A DNA stretch of 64,000 bases, from contig CAWAWS010000006.1 of assembly GCA_963785725.1 (NCBI GenBank), positions 96,001 to 160,000 on the forward strand, given 5' to 3'. The translations under genes were made by a program, and so were the position numbers. The stretch is from an uncultured delta proteobacterium (GTDB lineage: Bacteria > Myxococcota_A > Polyangia > Palsa-1104). Below the pieces are notes generated by a model that was given only the letters and a program-made list of their open reading frames with translations, ran no database searches and was not told the DNA's origin. Shown here in pieces: positions 9,384-19,362 of this stretch. Positions within the stretch are counted from its first letter, which is position 1. Each line of letters begins with the position of its first letter.

Positions 9384-10442
9384 ATGCGGCGTGCAGCGCT
9401 GGTCTTCGTCATGGGTATCTTGGGCGCGTGCGGATCGTCCGGCAGCTCGGGCGGCGTCGGCGGTAATGGCGGCGCCGGCGGAACGGGCACGGCCGGCGGC
9501 ACCGGCACAGCCGGCGGCACCGGCACGGCCGGCGGAACGGGCACGGCCGGCGGCACCGGCACGGCTGGCGGAACCGGCACGGCTGGCGGCGGCGGAACGG
9601 CCGGCGGCGGCGGCACGACGCCCGGCGGCACCTCGCCCAACCCGATCTACCTCCCGAAGCCGACCGGTACCTGCCCCGACTTCGTCAACGGCAGCGTCAC
9701 CTTCTCGCCCGCCGGCATCGCCGCCCGCAGCGCGCAGATCTGGATGTCGAGCAACGCCTCGACGATGCACGGCCCGCTCGTCTTCTATTGGTACGCCACG
9801 ACCAGCTCGACGCTCGAGGTCCTTTACGGCCTCGGACAAGACATCGTCGACGACATCGAAGCCAAAGGCGGCATGGTCATCGCGCCCGTCGAAGACGAGC
9901 CCAACGGCGTGAAGAACACCTTCCCGTGGTACCTCGTCACCAGCAACCGCATGGACGACATCCAAGTCGCCGACGAGATCGTCGCCTGCGCCATCCAAAA
10001 AGTGGGCATCGACACGAGCCGCATCTACTCGATGGGCATGAGCGCCGGCGCGCTGCAGACGACGCGCATGAGCTTCTTGCGCTCGGGCTATCTCGCCAGC
10101 GTCGCCACCTATTCGGGCGGCATCGAGCCCGGCGTCAGCGACGCCTTCCAGGACGCGACGAACAAGTATCCGGCGATGATCTTCGACGGCGGACCGACCG
10201 ACGACATCGACGGTCTCGACTTCCAGATGGCGAGCCAGACGTTTCAGACGACGCTACAAGGCGACGGCCACTTCGCGTTCATCTGCGATCACACGGCGGT
10301 CGCGCCCGGCCATCAGATTCCGCCGGCGCCGGCGCCGGCGAGCGTGTGGCAGTTCTTCCAGGATCATCCGTTCGGCACCAATCCGTCGCCGTACGCGGGC
10401 GGCTTCCCGAGCGGCTTCCTCTCGTACTGCGCGCTGCCGTAA
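9384..10442 (+). CDS. lipoprotein alpha/beta hydrolase (esterase/depolymerase-like) with Gly/Thr linker
   Basis: Lipobox LGAC; GIDTSRIYSMGMSAGA nucleophile elbow; later D and GH candidates for the catalytic triad. Confidence 0.75.
   Translation: MRRAALVFVMGILGACGSSGSSGGVGGNGGAGGTGTAGGTGTAGGTGTAGGTGTAGGTGTAGGTGTAGGGGTAGGGGTTPGGTSPNPIYLPKPTGTCPDFVNGSVTFSPAGIAARSAQIWMSSNASTMHGPLVFYWYATTSSTLEVLYGLGQDIVDDIEAKGGMVIAPVEDEPNGVKNTFPWYLVTSNRMDDIQVADEIVACAIQKVGIDTSRIYSMGMSAGALQTTRMSFLRSGYLASVATYSGGIEPGVSDAFQDATNKYPAMIFDGGPTDDIDGLDFQMASQTFQTTLQGDGHFAFICDHTAVAPGHQIPPAPAPASVWQFFQDHPFGTNPSPYAGGFPSGFLSYCALP
9477..9620 (+). repeat. 18-bp coding tandem repeat (GGTGTA x6 plus GGGGT(A/T) x2)
   Basis: Eight consecutive ggcggcaccggcacggcc-like units within the hydrolase gene. 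Confidence 0.9.
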
Positions 10443-10448
10443 CGCCGT

Positions 10449-11399
10449 TCACCGCCGGCGCGTGCTGACGGCCGCTTGCCCGATCCTCTGGTCAGTCGCT
10501 CGGCCAATCATAGGATTGTGCAAGCCGCAGTCGCTCGGGCGGATGCCGAAAAAACGACGGAATTCACGGCTGAACTGCGACTCGCTCTCGTAGCCGACGT
10601 CGCGCGCGGCGTGCTTCGCGGAGCTGCCGGCCTGCAGGAGCTGCTTGGCCCGCGTCAGCCGGATCCCTTTGACGTACTGCAGCGGCGACGTCGACGTCAT
10701 GGCCTTGAAGTGCTGATGGAACGTGGGCACGCTCATGTGCGCCAGCTTCGCCAGCGCCTCGATCGGCAGCCGCTCCGCGTAGCGCTCGGCGATGTGGCGC
10801 ATGACCCGCGTCAGCTGGCTCGTCGGCCCTTGCGACTGCGCCAGGCTGCGCAGCGCGCCGCCATGCGGTCCCTCGAGGACGTGAAAGAGGATCTCGCGCA
10901 GCGTCTGGCGCCCGAGCGCGCGCGTCGTGCGCTCGTCGCGCAGGCACGACATGAAGCGCAGCACCGTGCTCTCGAGCGCGCCGTCGAGCTTGGCGCGGAA
11001 CGCGCCGCGCACCGCCTTGGCCGTCGCCACGTAAGCATCGGGCTCGACGTCGGCGAGCAGCTCGCGCAAGAGCGTGAGGTCGATCTCGACGGCGAACGTG
11101 AGGACGGGCGACGCCGGCTGTGCGATCGTCTCGCACAGCATCGGCAAGGGCGAGAGCACCACGAGGTAATGCTGCGGGTCGTACACGATCGTCTCGTCGC
11201 CGAGGAAGCCGCGCTTCTCGCCTTGACCGACGAAGATCACGCAGGCGGGATAGAGCATCGGCGTCGGCTTCTCCGACTGGCTGAGCCGCCAGAGGAGAGC
11301 CCCGGGATAGCGCGCCTGATTCGGGCCCTCGTGCGGCGCCAGCGCGGCGATGGCGCCGGCGAGCGAGCTCGATTTCGGCGACCGGCGCGTGCGGCTCAT
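10449..11399 (-). CDS. AraC-family transcriptional regulator (AraC_N/YqhC type)
   Basis: LYPACVIFVGQGEK N-domain; MSVPTFHQHFKAMTSTSPLQYVK..RL and VGYESESQFSREFRRFFG HTH. Confidence 0.93.
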   Translation of the reverse strand: MSRTRRSPKSSSLAGAIAALAPHEGPNQARYPGALLWRLSQSEKPTPMLYPACVIFVGQGEKRGFLGDETIVYDPQHYLVVLSPLPMLCETIAQPASPVLTFAVEIDLTLLRELLADVEPDAYVATAKAVRGAFRAKLDGALESTVLRFMSCLRDERTTRALGRQTLREILFHVLEGPHGGALRSLAQSQGPTSQLTRVMRHIAERYAERLPIEALAKLAHMSVPTFHQHFKAMTSTSPLQYVKGIRLTRAKQLLQAGSSAKHAARDVGYESESQFSREFRRFFGIRPSDCGLHNPMIGRATDQRIGQAAVSTRRR

Positions 11400-11433
11400 T
11401 CGTTCATGATAGCACGGAGATCTAGTCGCTCAT

Positions 11434-11446
11434 AGGATTAGGCAAG
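11434..11446 (+). promoter_or_regulatory. putative AraC operator AGGATTAGGCAAG upstream of the SDR gene
   Basis: Lies in the divergent araC/SDR interval. Similar copies at 10512-10524 (+) and 10474-10487 (-). Confidence 0.5.
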
Positions 11447-11515
11447 TCATCGAGAGAAGCGTGTATTCCCCGCCGCCGGCTCGGCAATTAGATTGGCTCT
11501 CGAAAGGAAACGAAC

Positions 11516-12289
11516 ATGTCGAACAAGAGCCAAGGGTCACTCGCCGGTCGCGTCGCGGTCATCTCGGGCGCCTCGAGCGGAATCGGCGCGGCGACGGCGC
11601 GCGCGCTGTCGGAAGCTGGAGCGCGGGTCGCGCTGCTCGCGCGGCGCAAGGGCAAGCTCGAGGCGCTCGCCGGCGCCATTCGCGACAAAGGCGGCGTGGC
11701 CGACGTCTACGAGGTCGACGTCACCAATCGCGCGGCGGTGGCGACGGCCGCCGCCAGCATCAAGCAGCGCGCCGGTCGCATCGACATCGTCGTCAACAAC
11801 GCCGGCGTCATGCTGCCGAACCCGATCGAAGCCCAGCGCTTCGATCAGTGGCAGCAGCAAGTCGACCTCAACATCAGCGGGCTCTTGAACGTGATCGGCG
11901 CCTTCACGCCGGCGCTGGTCGAGGCGGCGGCCGGCAAAGGACCAGCCGATCTCGTCAACATCTCGTCGATCGCCAGCAAGAACATCTTCCCGTACTTCGC
12001 CGTCTACAGCGGCACCAAGGCGTTCGTGAGCCACCTGTCGATCACGCTGCGCGCCGAGCTCGGCGGCAAAGGCGTGCGCGTCAGCGCCATCGAGCCGGGC
12101 ATCGTCGGCACCGAGCTGCAGGGCCACGTCGACTTCAAGGGCGCGCAGGATTGGCTGGCCGGCGCCAAGACGCAGATGGAGTTTCTCGAGCCGGAAGACG
12201 TGGCGGCGACGATCGCATTCACCGTCGGCGCGCCGAGACGCGTGAACCTGTCGCAGGTGACGATTATGCCGACCGGACAGGCGAGCTAA
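11516..12289 (+). CDS. short-chain dehydrogenase/reductase
   Basis: SGASSGIG, NNAG and YSGTK motifs; SD aagga upstream. Confidence 0.95.
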   Translation: MSNKSQGSLAGRVAVISGASSGIGAATARALSEAGARVALLARRKGKLEALAGAIRDKGGVADVYEVDVTNRAAVATAAASIKQRAGRIDIVVNNAGVMLPNPIEAQRFDQWQQQVDLNISGLLNVIGAFTPALVEAAAGKGPADLVNISSIASKNIFPYFAVYSGTKAFVSHLSITLRAELGGKGVRVSAIEPGIVGTELQGHVDFKGAQDWLAGAKTQMEFLEPEDVAATIAFTVGAPRRVNLSQVTIMPTGQAS

Positions 12290-12298
12290 ACTTAGGCG

Positions 12299-13171
12299 TC
12301 AGGCGCGCAGCTGCACCGACTCGAACTCGGGCAGCGCGCGCCGCAGCTTCGCCTTCAGCCGATCCTCCAGCTGGCGCACGCGCTCGCGCGACAGGTTCAG
12401 GTGACGACCGATCTCGGCCAGCGTATCGGCCTCGTCGCACAAGAGACGGCGCGCCAAGATGTAGCGCTCGCGCTGGGTCAGACCGCGCGCCAGACCGTCG
12501 ATGCGCAGCCGCACCAGCTCGTCGCGCTGCATGCGCTCGAAGCGATCTTCCTGGCCTTCGGCGTGATCGTCGGCGAGCAGCTCGAGCTGTGTCGCGGCGC
12601 CGTCGCGGAAGGCGGCCGCGTCGAGCGACATGTCCTTCGACTCGAGCCGGCCGGTCATGTCGCGGATGCGCTCGGGCGAGGTGTTGAACTTGCGCGCCAG
12701 TCGCTCTTCGACGGCGGTTTCGCTGCCGGCCGGGCCGAGCGCGGCCGTGATCTTGGCGCGCTCGCGCGACATGCGGAAGAACAGCTTCGACTGCAGCGGC
12801 CCCGTGCCGACGCCGACCATCGACCACTGCTTGAGCACGTGCGCCAAGATGAGCGCGCGAATCCAATAGGCCGCGTAGGTCATGAAGCGCAGGTTGCGCG
12901 CCGGCTCGAAGCGCTTGACCGCCTCGCACAGCCCGATGTTGCCCTCTTCGACCAGATCGGCGACGCGAAAGCCGTAACCGCGATACTGCATGGCGATCTT
13001 GACCACGAAGCGCAGGTTGGCGCGCACCAGCCGATGCGCCGCGTCTTGGTCGCCGTGGCGACGCCAGCGACGGGCGAGCCGCAGCTCCTCGTCGCGCTCG
13101 AGCGGCTCGTATTCCGAGATGGCGGAGAGATAGGCGGAAAAGCTGGCGTCCTCCTGGAGCGGCCGGCCCAT
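12299..13171 (-). CDS. rpoH: sigma-32 (RpoH)-family RNA polymerase sigma factor
   Basis: NLRFVVKIA..YRGYG..DLVEEGNIGL..AVKRFEP..RFMTYAAYWIRA; RpoH-box-like QSKLFF; SRERVRQLE. May be one of several paralogues. Confidence 0.8.
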   Translation of the reverse strand: MGRPLQEDASFSAYLSAISEYEPLERDEELRLARRWRRHGDQDAAHRLVRANLRFVVKIAMQYRGYGFRVADLVEEGNIGLCEAVKRFEPARNLRFMTYAAYWIRALILAHVLKQWSMVGVGTGPLQSKLFFRMSRERAKITAALGPAGSETAVEERLARKFNTSPERIRDMTGRLESKDMSLDAAAFRDGAATQLELLADDHAEGQEDRFERMQRDELVRLRIDGLARGLTQRERYILARRLLCDEADTLAEIGRHLNLSRERVRQLEDRLKAKLRRALPEFESVQLRA

Positions 13172-13327
13172 GGCATGTTCTCCTTCCGCCGATTGGATGA
13201 ACCCGCTACCGCGTTGGTTTCAGCCCCGTAGGAAAATTGCGCGCTGGCGGTGATCGTCCGGGTGTCGCAGGTTCTGCGACGGTGGCGCCATGGCTCCTTG
13301 CCAAAAGCGAGCGCGGATCGCAAGCTG

Positions 13328-14872
13328 GTGATCGTGCTCCTCTATATATTGCCGGCGGCGATCTTGTGCGCCTGTGCGTTCGCGCTGGCGCGGCGTCACC
13401 GGCTGACCGAGACGCGCCTCGCCGCCGAGGCGCTGACCGCGGAAGTCCAAGCGATTGCAGCGATTGCGCGCGCCGAAGCGGCGGCGGCGGTGCAGTCGGC
13501 GTCGGCGTCGGCGCGCGAGCAGGCGCTCGAGGCGCGCCGCCTGGCGCACGAGGAGTCGGTCAAGTCCGAGCGTGAGCTGCACGCGCGCGAAGACGAGCTG
13601 ATGCGCAAGCTGTCGACGCTGAACACGAGCGAGCAGCGCATCACCGCCCGGGCCACGGCGCTGCAAGAGCGCGAGCAGGGCCTGAAGCAGCTCGAGCAGA
13701 AGAAGCGCGAGCTCGACGAGCAGCGCAAGCAGGCCGACGAGGCGCGCGGCAAGCTCTTGGAGGAGCAAGCGGGCGAGACGCGGCGCGAGCTGCGCGACCG
13801 CCTCGTCGCCGAGTGGGTGCAAGAGGCCAAGGCGCGCGCGGCCGACGAGCTGCGCCACATCGAGCAGGGCCTGGCCGATGCCGAGCACGGTCGCGAAGCC
13901 AAGCGCGTCATGGGCATCGCGATCCAGCGTTATCACGGGCACTATTTGACCGAGCGGCTCTTGTCGAACCTGCCGCTGTTGCCGGGCTTGGGCGCCAAGC
14001 TCTTGCCCGATATTCCCGCGGTCGAAGAGGTGGCGAACGTCAAGATTACGCTCGCCGACGATCAGACGAGCGTGCGCTTGGAAGGGCAGGACTCGTTCGG
14101 CCGTGAGATCGCCCGTCGCGCCATTCGCAAGCTGGAGAAGAGCGGCTGGAAAGGCGAGGCCAAGGCGTCGGTCGAAAAGATCAAAGAGGAGCTGGAGCGC
14201 GAGGTCGTCGAGCTGGGGCGGCGCGCGTTCAAAGAGCTGGAGATCCCGCGGGCGCATCCCGACATCGTCAAGCTCGTCGGTCGCCTCAACTGGCGGACGT
14301 CGTACACGCAGAATCAGTGGAAGCACGCGGTCGAGGCCGCGTTCTTGTGCGGCATGATGGCCAACGAGCTCGGCCTCGACGTCAAGATCGCGCGGCGCGC
14401 GGCGTTGATGCATGACATCGGCAAGTCGCTGACGCACGCCATCGACGGCTCGCACGCCGTCATCGGCGCCGATTACGCGCGGCGGCTCGGCGAGTCGGAG
14501 CTGGTGGCGAACGCCATCGGCGCGCATCACGCCGACGAGCCGTGCAACTCCGTCTACGCGTCGCTGGTCGCGGCCGCCGACGCGATGTCGGGCGCGCGGC
14601 CGGGCGCGCGCCGCGAGCAGACCGACAATTACGTGCAGAAGCTGGAAGATCTCGAGCGCATCGGCGGCAGCTTCAACGGCGTCGAGCGCGCGTTCGCCGT
14701 GCAAGGCGGCCGTGAAGTGCGCATCTACGTGCAGGAGAACCGCGTCAACGACGAGCGCGCCGTCGAGCTGTCGAGCGAGATCGCGCGCCGCATCTCCGAC
14801 GAAATGACGTTCCCCGGGCAGATCAAGGTGACCGTCATCCGCGAGCTGCGCGCCATCGAAGTCGCCGGCTGA
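13328..14872 (+). CDS. rny: ribonuclease Y
   Basis: N-terminal TM and coiled coil; RTSYTQN..H, LMHDIGK HD motif; AADAMSGARPGAR, AVQGGREVR, FPGQIKVTVIRE. Start codon uncertain. Confidence 0.93.
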   Translation: MIVLLYILPAAILCACAFALARRHRLTETRLAAEALTAEVQAIAAIARAEAAAAVQSASASAREQALEARRLAHEESVKSERELHAREDELMRKLSTLNTSEQRITARATALQEREQGLKQLEQKKRELDEQRKQADEARGKLLEEQAGETRRELRDRLVAEWVQEAKARAADELRHIEQGLADAEHGREAKRVMGIAIQRYHGHYLTERLLSNLPLLPGLGAKLLPDIPAVEEVANVKITLADDQTSVRLEGQDSFGREIARRAIRKLEKSGWKGEAKASVEKIKEELEREVVELGRRAFKELEIPRAHPDIVKLVGRLNWRTSYTQNQWKHAVEAAFLCGMMANELGLDVKIARRAALMHDIGKSLTHAIDGSHAVIGADYARRLGESELVANAIGAHHADEPCNSVYASLVAAADAMSGARPGARREQTDNYVQKLEDLERIGGSFNGVERAFAVQGGREVRIYVQENRVNDERAVELSSEIARRISDEMTFPGQIKVTVIRELRAIEVAG

Positions 14873-15651
14873 TGTCGCGCCACGTGCTCGCCGTCGTCGC
14901 CGTGCTCGCGCTCGGCGGCTGCGGCAAGTCGACGGCCAAACCGCACGACGGCGGCGTCGACTTGGCGGCCGGCGACGGCGCGGCCGCGACGGGGCTGCCG
15001 CCCGAGTGCGACGTGCTCACCGATACCGGCTGTCCGGCGGGCGAGCGCTGCACCATCGGCACCGACAACGGCCAGCCGCGCGATCTCTGCTTCGCCACCG
15101 TCGCCAACCCGCTCGGCGAAGACTTCGTGTGCGCGCCCGTCACCGCCGGTACGCGAACCGGCGACGATTGCGCGCCCGGCCTCGTGTGCATGCCGCTGGC
15201 CGGCGACTACGCGACCTGCCGTCGCCCCTGTTATCAGCGCGCCGACTGCGCCGCCGGCCAAGGCTGCGTCGTGCCGACGTCGACGTCGACCTTGCGCAAC
15301 GACGACGGCGGCACCTTCGTCCTGCGCGGCTGCAGCAACAACATCGGCTGCGATCCGATCGCGCAGAACGTCTGCACGCCCGGCACCGGCTGCTATTTGT
15401 CGACGTTCGACGACGTCGGCCGCGTCAGCGAATGCTTACTGCCCGGCAGCGGCCAAGCCGGCTCGTTGTGCACCAACATCACCGACTGCGCGCCCGGCTT
15501 CCGCTGCGACAACGGCACCTTCTGCCGTCGCTACTGCTACTTCGACGGCGCGCCCGACGGCGGCGCGCTCGGCGGCTGCCCGGCCGACGAAGGCGTCTGC
15601 GATCTCTTCGTCGACTCGGGCGGCGTCTACGGCATCTGCGGCTCCGAATAG
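14872..15651 (+). CDS. Cys-rich lipoprotein
   Basis: Lipobox LGGC; more than 20 Cys in CDPxxQ..C and CAPG..C repeats; TGATG coupling to rny. Confidence 0.75.
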   Translation: MSRHVLAVVAVLALGGCGKSTAKPHDGGVDLAAGDGAAATGLPPECDVLTDTGCPAGERCTIGTDNGQPRDLCFATVANPLGEDFVCAPVTAGTRTGDDCAPGLVCMPLAGDYATCRRPCYQRADCAAGQGCVVPTSTSTLRNDDGGTFVLRGCSNNIGCDPIAQNVCTPGTGCYLSTFDDVGRVSECLLPGSGQAGSLCTNITDCAPGFRCDNGTFCRRYCYFDGAPDGGALGGCPADEGVCDLFVDSGGVYGICGSE

Positions 15652-15677
15652 TCCCGCCCAACCTAGGAACGACGCAC

Positions 15678-16706
15678 ATGAAAGCGATGACGCTCAGGTC
15701 GCATGGCGGCCCCGAAGTCCTGACGCTCGAAGAGCTGCCGACGCCGTCGACGCCGCCCGGTCACGTGCGCGTTCGCGTCGGCGCCGTGGCGATGAACCAC
15801 CTCGACTTGTGGGTGCGGCGCGGGCTGCCGCATCTGAAGCTCGCCTATCCGTTCCTGCTCGGCGCCGACGTCGCCGGCACCGTCGACGAGGTGGGCGAGG
15901 GCGTCGTCGACGTGCGCGCCGGCGACGAGATCGTCGTCAACCCCGGCTGGTCGTGCGGCCGCTGCCGCGAGTGTCTGAGCGGCCGTGACAACCTCTGCCG
16001 CCACTATCAGCTCATGGGCGAAGATCGCTCCGGCGGTTATGCCGAGCTCATCGTCGTCCCGGCGCAGAATGTGGTCGGCAAGCCGAAGTCGCTGTCGATG
16101 GCCGAAGCCGCCGCGCTGCCGACGACGTTCTTGACCGCCTGGCAGATGCTGACGCGCAAGGCGCCGGTGTCGCCCGGCGACGACGTGCTCGTCATGGCCG
16201 CCGGCTCCGGCGTCGGCGTCGCCGCCATCCAGATCGCCAAGCTGCGCGGCGCGCGGGTCATCGCCACCGCGTCGAGCGACGACAAGCTCGCCCGCGCCCG
16301 CGCGCTCGGCGCCGACGAGACCATCAACCACGCGTCGCAAGATCTGGTCGCCGAAGTGAAGCGGCTGACCGGCAAGCGCGGCGTCGACATCGTCTTCGAG
16401 CACGTCGGCGCCGCCGTTTGGGAGAAGGTGATCTTGGCGACCCGGCGCGGCGGTCGCATCGTCACCTGCGGCGCCACCTCCGGCTTCGACGCGCGCACCG
16501 ACCTGCGTCACGTCTTCTTCCGGCAGCTCGAGATCTTGGGCTCGACGATGGGCGCCAAAGGCGATCTGTTCGACATTTTACAGCTCGTCGGCGCCGGCAA
16601 GCTGAAGCCGATCGTCGACCGCACGATGCCCTTGGCCGAGGCGCGAGCGGCCCATCAGCTGCTGGAGAGCCGTGCCGCCTTTGGCAAGATCGTACTCATT
16701 CCATAG
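15678..16706 (+). CDS. zinc-binding alcohol dehydrogenase/quinone reductase family protein
   Basis: MKAMTLRSHGGPEVL; structural Zn CGRCREC..C; AAGSGVG; FGKIVL. Confidence 0.93.
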   Translation: MKAMTLRSHGGPEVLTLEELPTPSTPPGHVRVRVGAVAMNHLDLWVRRGLPHLKLAYPFLLGADVAGTVDEVGEGVVDVRAGDEIVVNPGWSCGRCRECLSGRDNLCRHYQLMGEDRSGGYAELIVVPAQNVVGKPKSLSMAEAAALPTTFLTAWQMLTRKAPVSPGDDVLVMAAGSGVGVAAIQIAKLRGARVIATASSDDKLARARALGADETINHASQDLVAEVKRLTGKRGVDIVFEHVGAAVWEKVILATRRGGRIVTCGATSGFDARTDLRHVFFRQLEILGSTMGAKGDLFDILQLVGAGKLKPIVDRTMPLAEARAAHQLLESRAAFGKIVLIP

Positions 16707-16715
16707 CGTTACCAG

Positions 16716-16797
16716 ACTCTAACCTTCACGTGAGAATGAGGGTATTGACAGCTTTTGCGTGCTACACTAAATAGGACTCGCACGTAAGGGTAAGAGT
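16716..16797 (+). promoter_or_regulatory. promoter region of the merR-isc operon with two inverted 22-bp boxes
   Basis: TTGACA at 16745-16750 (the -10 box is ambiguous). actctaaccttcacgtgagaat (16716-16737) and the reverse complement of 16776-16797 match at 17/22 positions. Confidence 0.6.
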
Positions 16798-17303
16798 TGG
16801 GACCTCACGAACACATAGCCACGTTGGAAAAGCCACTGCGCGTCGGCGAGCTCGCCAAGCGGAGCGGCAAGACCGTGCGTGCGCTGCATTTGTACGAGGA
16901 GCTCGGGCTGCTCCACCCGGTGCATCGCTCGAAGGGCGGCTTTCGTCTCTACTCGCCGTCGGCGGTGCAGCGCGTCGAGTGGATCTCGAAGCTGCAAGAC
17001 GCCGGCTTTTCGCTGCACGACTTGCAGGATCTGCTCAACGGCGTGAGCGAGCAGGGCAACGTGGCGTCGATGGCGATGGAGCGCGTCCGCGGTGTGTTCG
17101 CGGATCGTTTGCGCGAGACGCGCGAGCAGCTCAAGAAGCTGACGCAGCTGGAGCAGGATTTGACGGCGAGCCTGGCCTATCTCGAAGGCTGCCGCTCGTG
17201 TCGCCCCAGCGAGCATCAGATCGAAGAGTGCCCGAGCTGCAATCACAACGGACACGAAGCCGGCGCGCAACCGATTCTCGTCGCCGGCATCCATAGAGGG
17301 TGA
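16797..17303 (+). CDS. MerR-family transcriptional regulator with C-terminal CxxC-x9-CxxC
   Basis: [38 protein letters not shown]; coiled coil; CRSC..CPSC. Stop overlaps the iscS start. TTG start uncertain. Confidence 0.9.
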   Translation: MGPHEHIATLEKPLRVGELAKRSGKTVRALHLYEELGLLHPVHRSKGGFRLYSPSAVQRVEWISKLQDAGFSLHDLQDLLNGVSEQGNVASMAMERVRGVFADRLRETREQLKKLTQLEQDLTASLAYLEGCRSCRPSEHQIEECPSCNHNGHEAGAQPILVAGIHRG

Positions 17304-18534
17304 TGATGGCCGTAAAAGTACCGATCTTCATGGACAACCACTCGACGACGCCGGTCGATCCGCGCGTCCTCGACGCCATGCTGCCCTATTTCCGCGAGGA
17401 CTTCGGCAACGCGGCGTCGCGCAACCACGTCTTTGGCTGGAAAGCGGAGAAGGCGGTCGAGCTGGCGCGCGAGCAAGTGGCGGCGCTGATCGGCGCGTCG
17501 GCCAAAGAGATCGTCTGGACCTCGGGCGCGACCGAGTCGATCAACCTGGCGTTCAAGGGCGCGGCCGAGTTCTACGCCGAGAAGGGCAACCACTTCATCA
17601 CCGGGCAGACCGAGCACAAGGCGACGCTCGATACCTGCAAGCGGCTCGAGAAGCAGGGCTGCGAAGTGACCTATCTGCCCGTCGACAAAGAGGGGCTGAT
17701 TTCGCCGGAGCAGGTCGTGGCGGCGATGAAGCCGAACACGGTCATGGTCTCGTTGATGCTGGCGAACAACGAGATCGGCTCGGTGCATCCGATCAGCGCC
17801 ATCGGCGCGGCGATCAAGGCGCACAAGAAGGACGTGCTGTTTCTCGTCGACGCCGTGCAGGGCGCGGGCAAGATTCCGTTCGACGTCAACGAGGCCAAGG
17901 TCGACTTGGCGGCGCTGTCGGGCCACAAGATTTACGGGCCGAAGGGCGTGGGCGCGCTCTACGTTCGCCGCAAGCCGCGCGTGCGCGTCGTCGAGCAGAT
18001 CGACGGCGGCGGTCACGAGCGCGGCATGCGCTCGGGCACGCTGAACGTGCCGGCGATCGTCGGCTTCGGCAAGGCGGCCGAGCTGTGCCGGCTCGAGATG
18101 GCGGAAGAGTCGCGGCGCATGATTGGCCTGCGCGATCGGCTCCTGAGCGTATCTGCAGGCGAACTTGAAGGAGACGTACATCAACGGCTCCTGGGAGCAT
18201 CGTCTGCCCGGCAACTTGAATGTCAGCTTCGCGTATGTCGAGGGCGAAGGCCTGATGATGGCGTTGAAGGACGTGGCCGTGTCGTCGGGCTCGGCCTGCA
18301 CGTCGGCGTCGCTCGAGCCGTCGTATGTGTTGCGCGCGCTCGGCGTCGGCGAGGAGATGGCGCACACGTCGATCCGCTTCGGGCTCGGGCGCTTCAACAC
18401 CGAAGAAGAGGTCGACTACGTCGGTCGTCACGTCGTCGAGGCGGTCACCCGGCTGCGCGAAATGTCGCCGCTGTGGGAGATGGTGCAAGAAGGCATCGAC
18501 CTGAAGAGCATTTCAGTGGGCAGCGGAGCACTAG
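17303..18534 (+). CDS. iscS: cysteine desulfurase IscS (two apparent +1 insertions near 18146 and 18511-18513)
   Basis: [35 protein letters not shown] and, in the second frame, [17 protein letters not shown]. Removing the two extra bases gives ...[16 protein letters not shown]... and ...IDLKSIQWAAEH*. Confidence 0.93.
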
Positions 18535-18543
18535 AGGAAAATC

Positions 18544-18930
18544 ATGGCGTACTCTGAAAAAGTCATCGACCACTACGAGAACCCGCGCAACGTCGGGTCG
18601 CTCGACAAGAACGCCGACGACGTCGGCACCGGCCTCGTCGGCGCGCCCGCGTGCGGCGACGTGATGAAGCTGCAGATCAAGGTCGAGGACGGCATCATCA
18701 CCGATGCCAAGTTCAAGACGTTCGGCTGCGGCTCGGCCATCGCGTCGTCGTCGCTGGTGACCGAGTGGGTCAAGGGCATGACGATCGACAAGGCGATGGA
18801 GCTGAAGAACTCGCAGATCGCCGAGGAGCTCAACCTGCCGCCGGTCAAGATCCACTGCTCGGTGTTGGCCGAGGACGCGATCAAGGCGGCCATCGCCGAC
18901 TACAAGAAGAAGCAGACGAAAGGCGCTTAG
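18544..18930 (+). CDS. iscU: Fe-S scaffold IscU
   Basis: [43 protein letters not shown]. Confidence 0.98.
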   Translation: MAYSEKVIDHYENPRNVGSLDKNADDVGTGLVGAPACGDVMKLQIKVEDGIITDAKFKTFGCGSAIASSSLVTEWVKGMTIDKAMELKNSQIAEELNLPPVKIHCSVLAEDAIKAAIADYKKKQTKGA

Positions 18931-18932
18931 TC

Positions 18933-19340
18933 ATGGACCACGTCGGGATCGAGCCGGCGGCGCCGGTGGCGCGTAACGAAGGCGACGGAGAGTTCACGGT
19001 GACGCCGGCGGCGGCGGCGCAGATCGTGCGTCAAGTGACCAAGCGCCAGGCCGAGAACAAAGCGACCGAGGCGATCCGCATCGGCTTGCGCGGCGGCGGC
19101 TGTGACGGCTTTTCGTACGTGTTCGAGTGGGCCGACAAGCCGGCGGGCAAGCACGACCACGTGCTCACGTTCTCCGACGGCAACGGCGGTAACGTCCGGC
19201 TCTTCATCGACAAGAAGAGCATGTTGTATTTGAAGGGCACGACGCTCAACTTCGTCAGCGGCTTGATGGGCCACGGGTTCAAGTTCGAGAACCCGAACGT
19301 CAAGGGCGCCTGCGGTTGCGGCGAGAGCGTGCAGTTCTAA
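18933..19340 (+). CDS. iscA: A-type Fe-S carrier IscA
   Basis: GGGCDGFSY and NPNVKGACGCGES motifs; position in the operon. Confidence 0.95.
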   Translation: MDHVGIEPAAPVARNEGDGEFTVTPAAAAQIVRQVTKRQAENKATEAIRIGLRGGGCDGFSYVFEWADKPAGKHDHVLTFSDGNGGNVRLFIDKKSMLYLKGTTLNFVSGLMGHGFKFENPNVKGACGCGESVQF

Positions 19341-19362
19341 GCTCCAGCTTTCCGAGAAGATC

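Noticed and set aside
13172..13327. 6S RNA or other ncRNA upstream of rny
   Set aside because: Short divergent interval with no long bulged hairpin that I can support.
18140..18170. Programmed ribosomal frameshift in iscS
   Set aside because: No slippery heptamer, and other single-base insertions in the window point to sequence error.
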